A DNA stretch of 35,632 nucleotides from contig CAZMQY010000003.1 in assembly GCA_964568335.1 (NCBI GenBank), positions 2,930-38,561 on the forward strand, read 5' to 3'. Position numbers and translations under genes: made by a program. The stretch comes from an uncultured Clostridium sp. Lineage in GTDB: Bacteria > Bacillota > Clostridia > Clostridiales > Clostridiaceae. The notes beneath the pieces were generated by a model that saw nothing but the letters and a program-made list of their open reading frames with translations, was not told where the DNA came from and made no database searches. Below, piece after piece: positions 35,167 to 35,632 of the stretch (positions are counted from its first letter, which is position 1; every line of letters begins with the position of its first letter).

Positions 35167-35632
35167 ATGATAAATTCAAAAATGCTTAAGATAACTTTAT
35201 TTGCTTTAGGGGTTACACTTTTTTCAGCTCATACAGCTGAAGCTGCAAGCTATAAGGTGGTTTCAGGCGATTCCTTATATACAATAAGCAGAAATTTCAA
35301 CACCAGCACTGCAGCCTTGATGAGAGATAACAGCCTTGCTAGCTCAGTTATATATCCTGGTCAGGTGTTGAATGTATCAGCTAATCAATATACGGTTAAA
35401 AGCGGAGATACCCTTTATCTGATATCAAAAAGATTTGGGATTTCTTTAGATTCTCTAAGAAAAGCTAATAATTACTGGAAAGATTTAATTTATCCTGGAC
35501 AAGTATTCCTAATACCAGGTTCAAACACTTCATCAAATAGTGCAGCAACTGGAACTTCAACTGTAAGCAAAGGTGTTATACCTTATACAGAAAGCGATTT
35601 AGATTTGCTGGCTAGATTAATTTACGCTGAGG
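35167..35632 (+). CDS. Secreted two-LysM, SleB/CwlJ-like (Hydrolase_2) cell wall hydrolase (3' truncated; missing from the ORF track)
   Basis: Manual translation: signal peptide ending AEA, LysM YKVVSGDSLYTIS..IYPGQ, LysM YTVKSGDTLYLIS..IYPGQ, S/T-rich linker, then DLDLLARLIYAE; RBS AAGGAGG. Confidence 0.88.
   Translation, partial: MINSKMLKITLFALGVTLFSAHTAEAASYKVVSGDSLYTISRNFNTSTAALMRDNSLASSVIYPGQVLNVSANQYTVKSGDTLYLISKRFGISLDSLRKANNYWKDLIYPGQVFLIPGSNTSSNSAATGTSTVSKGVIPYTESDLDLLARLIYAE

Noticed and set aside
1-35632. CRISPR arrays, tRNA/rRNA genes, IS elements, prophage
   Set aside because: No regularly spaced repeats, cloverleaf or rRNA-like segments, transposase or phage genes were recognised.

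Overview
A low-GC Firmicute chromosomal window. Gene content and promoter style point to a spore-forming Clostridium. It is mostly housekeeping, metabolic and sporulation genes: niaX-like ECF S component, def, B12 radical SAM, aminopeptidase, spoVB plus a second MurJ-type flippase, RluA, amidohydrolase, UvrD/PcrA, pncB, ndk, Nudix, ltaE, PPi-type pfk, recX, M16 peptidase, queT, NCS2 permease and a LysM hydrolase. It has three riboswitches (preQ1-I, guanine, c-di-AMP) and candidate NiaR and PurR operators. I saw no tRNA, rRNA, CRISPR array, integrase or transposase. Four things stand out. (1) A candidate ~135-nt intergenic sRNA (about 21600-21737) has a sporulation-type promoter, three C-rich anti-SD motifs and a terminator; a 14-nt stretch is perfectly complementary to the start-codon region of the PPi-PFK gene 5 kb away. 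(2) The 5' leader of that same pfk gene holds a 24-bp perfect inverted repeat. (3) A stand-alone BREX PglX-type methyltransferase has no other brx gene nearby. (4) An FtsA/actin-fold ATPase carries about four ThiS/ubiquitin-like repeats. All calls come from reading motifs by eye; no searches or folding programs were run.
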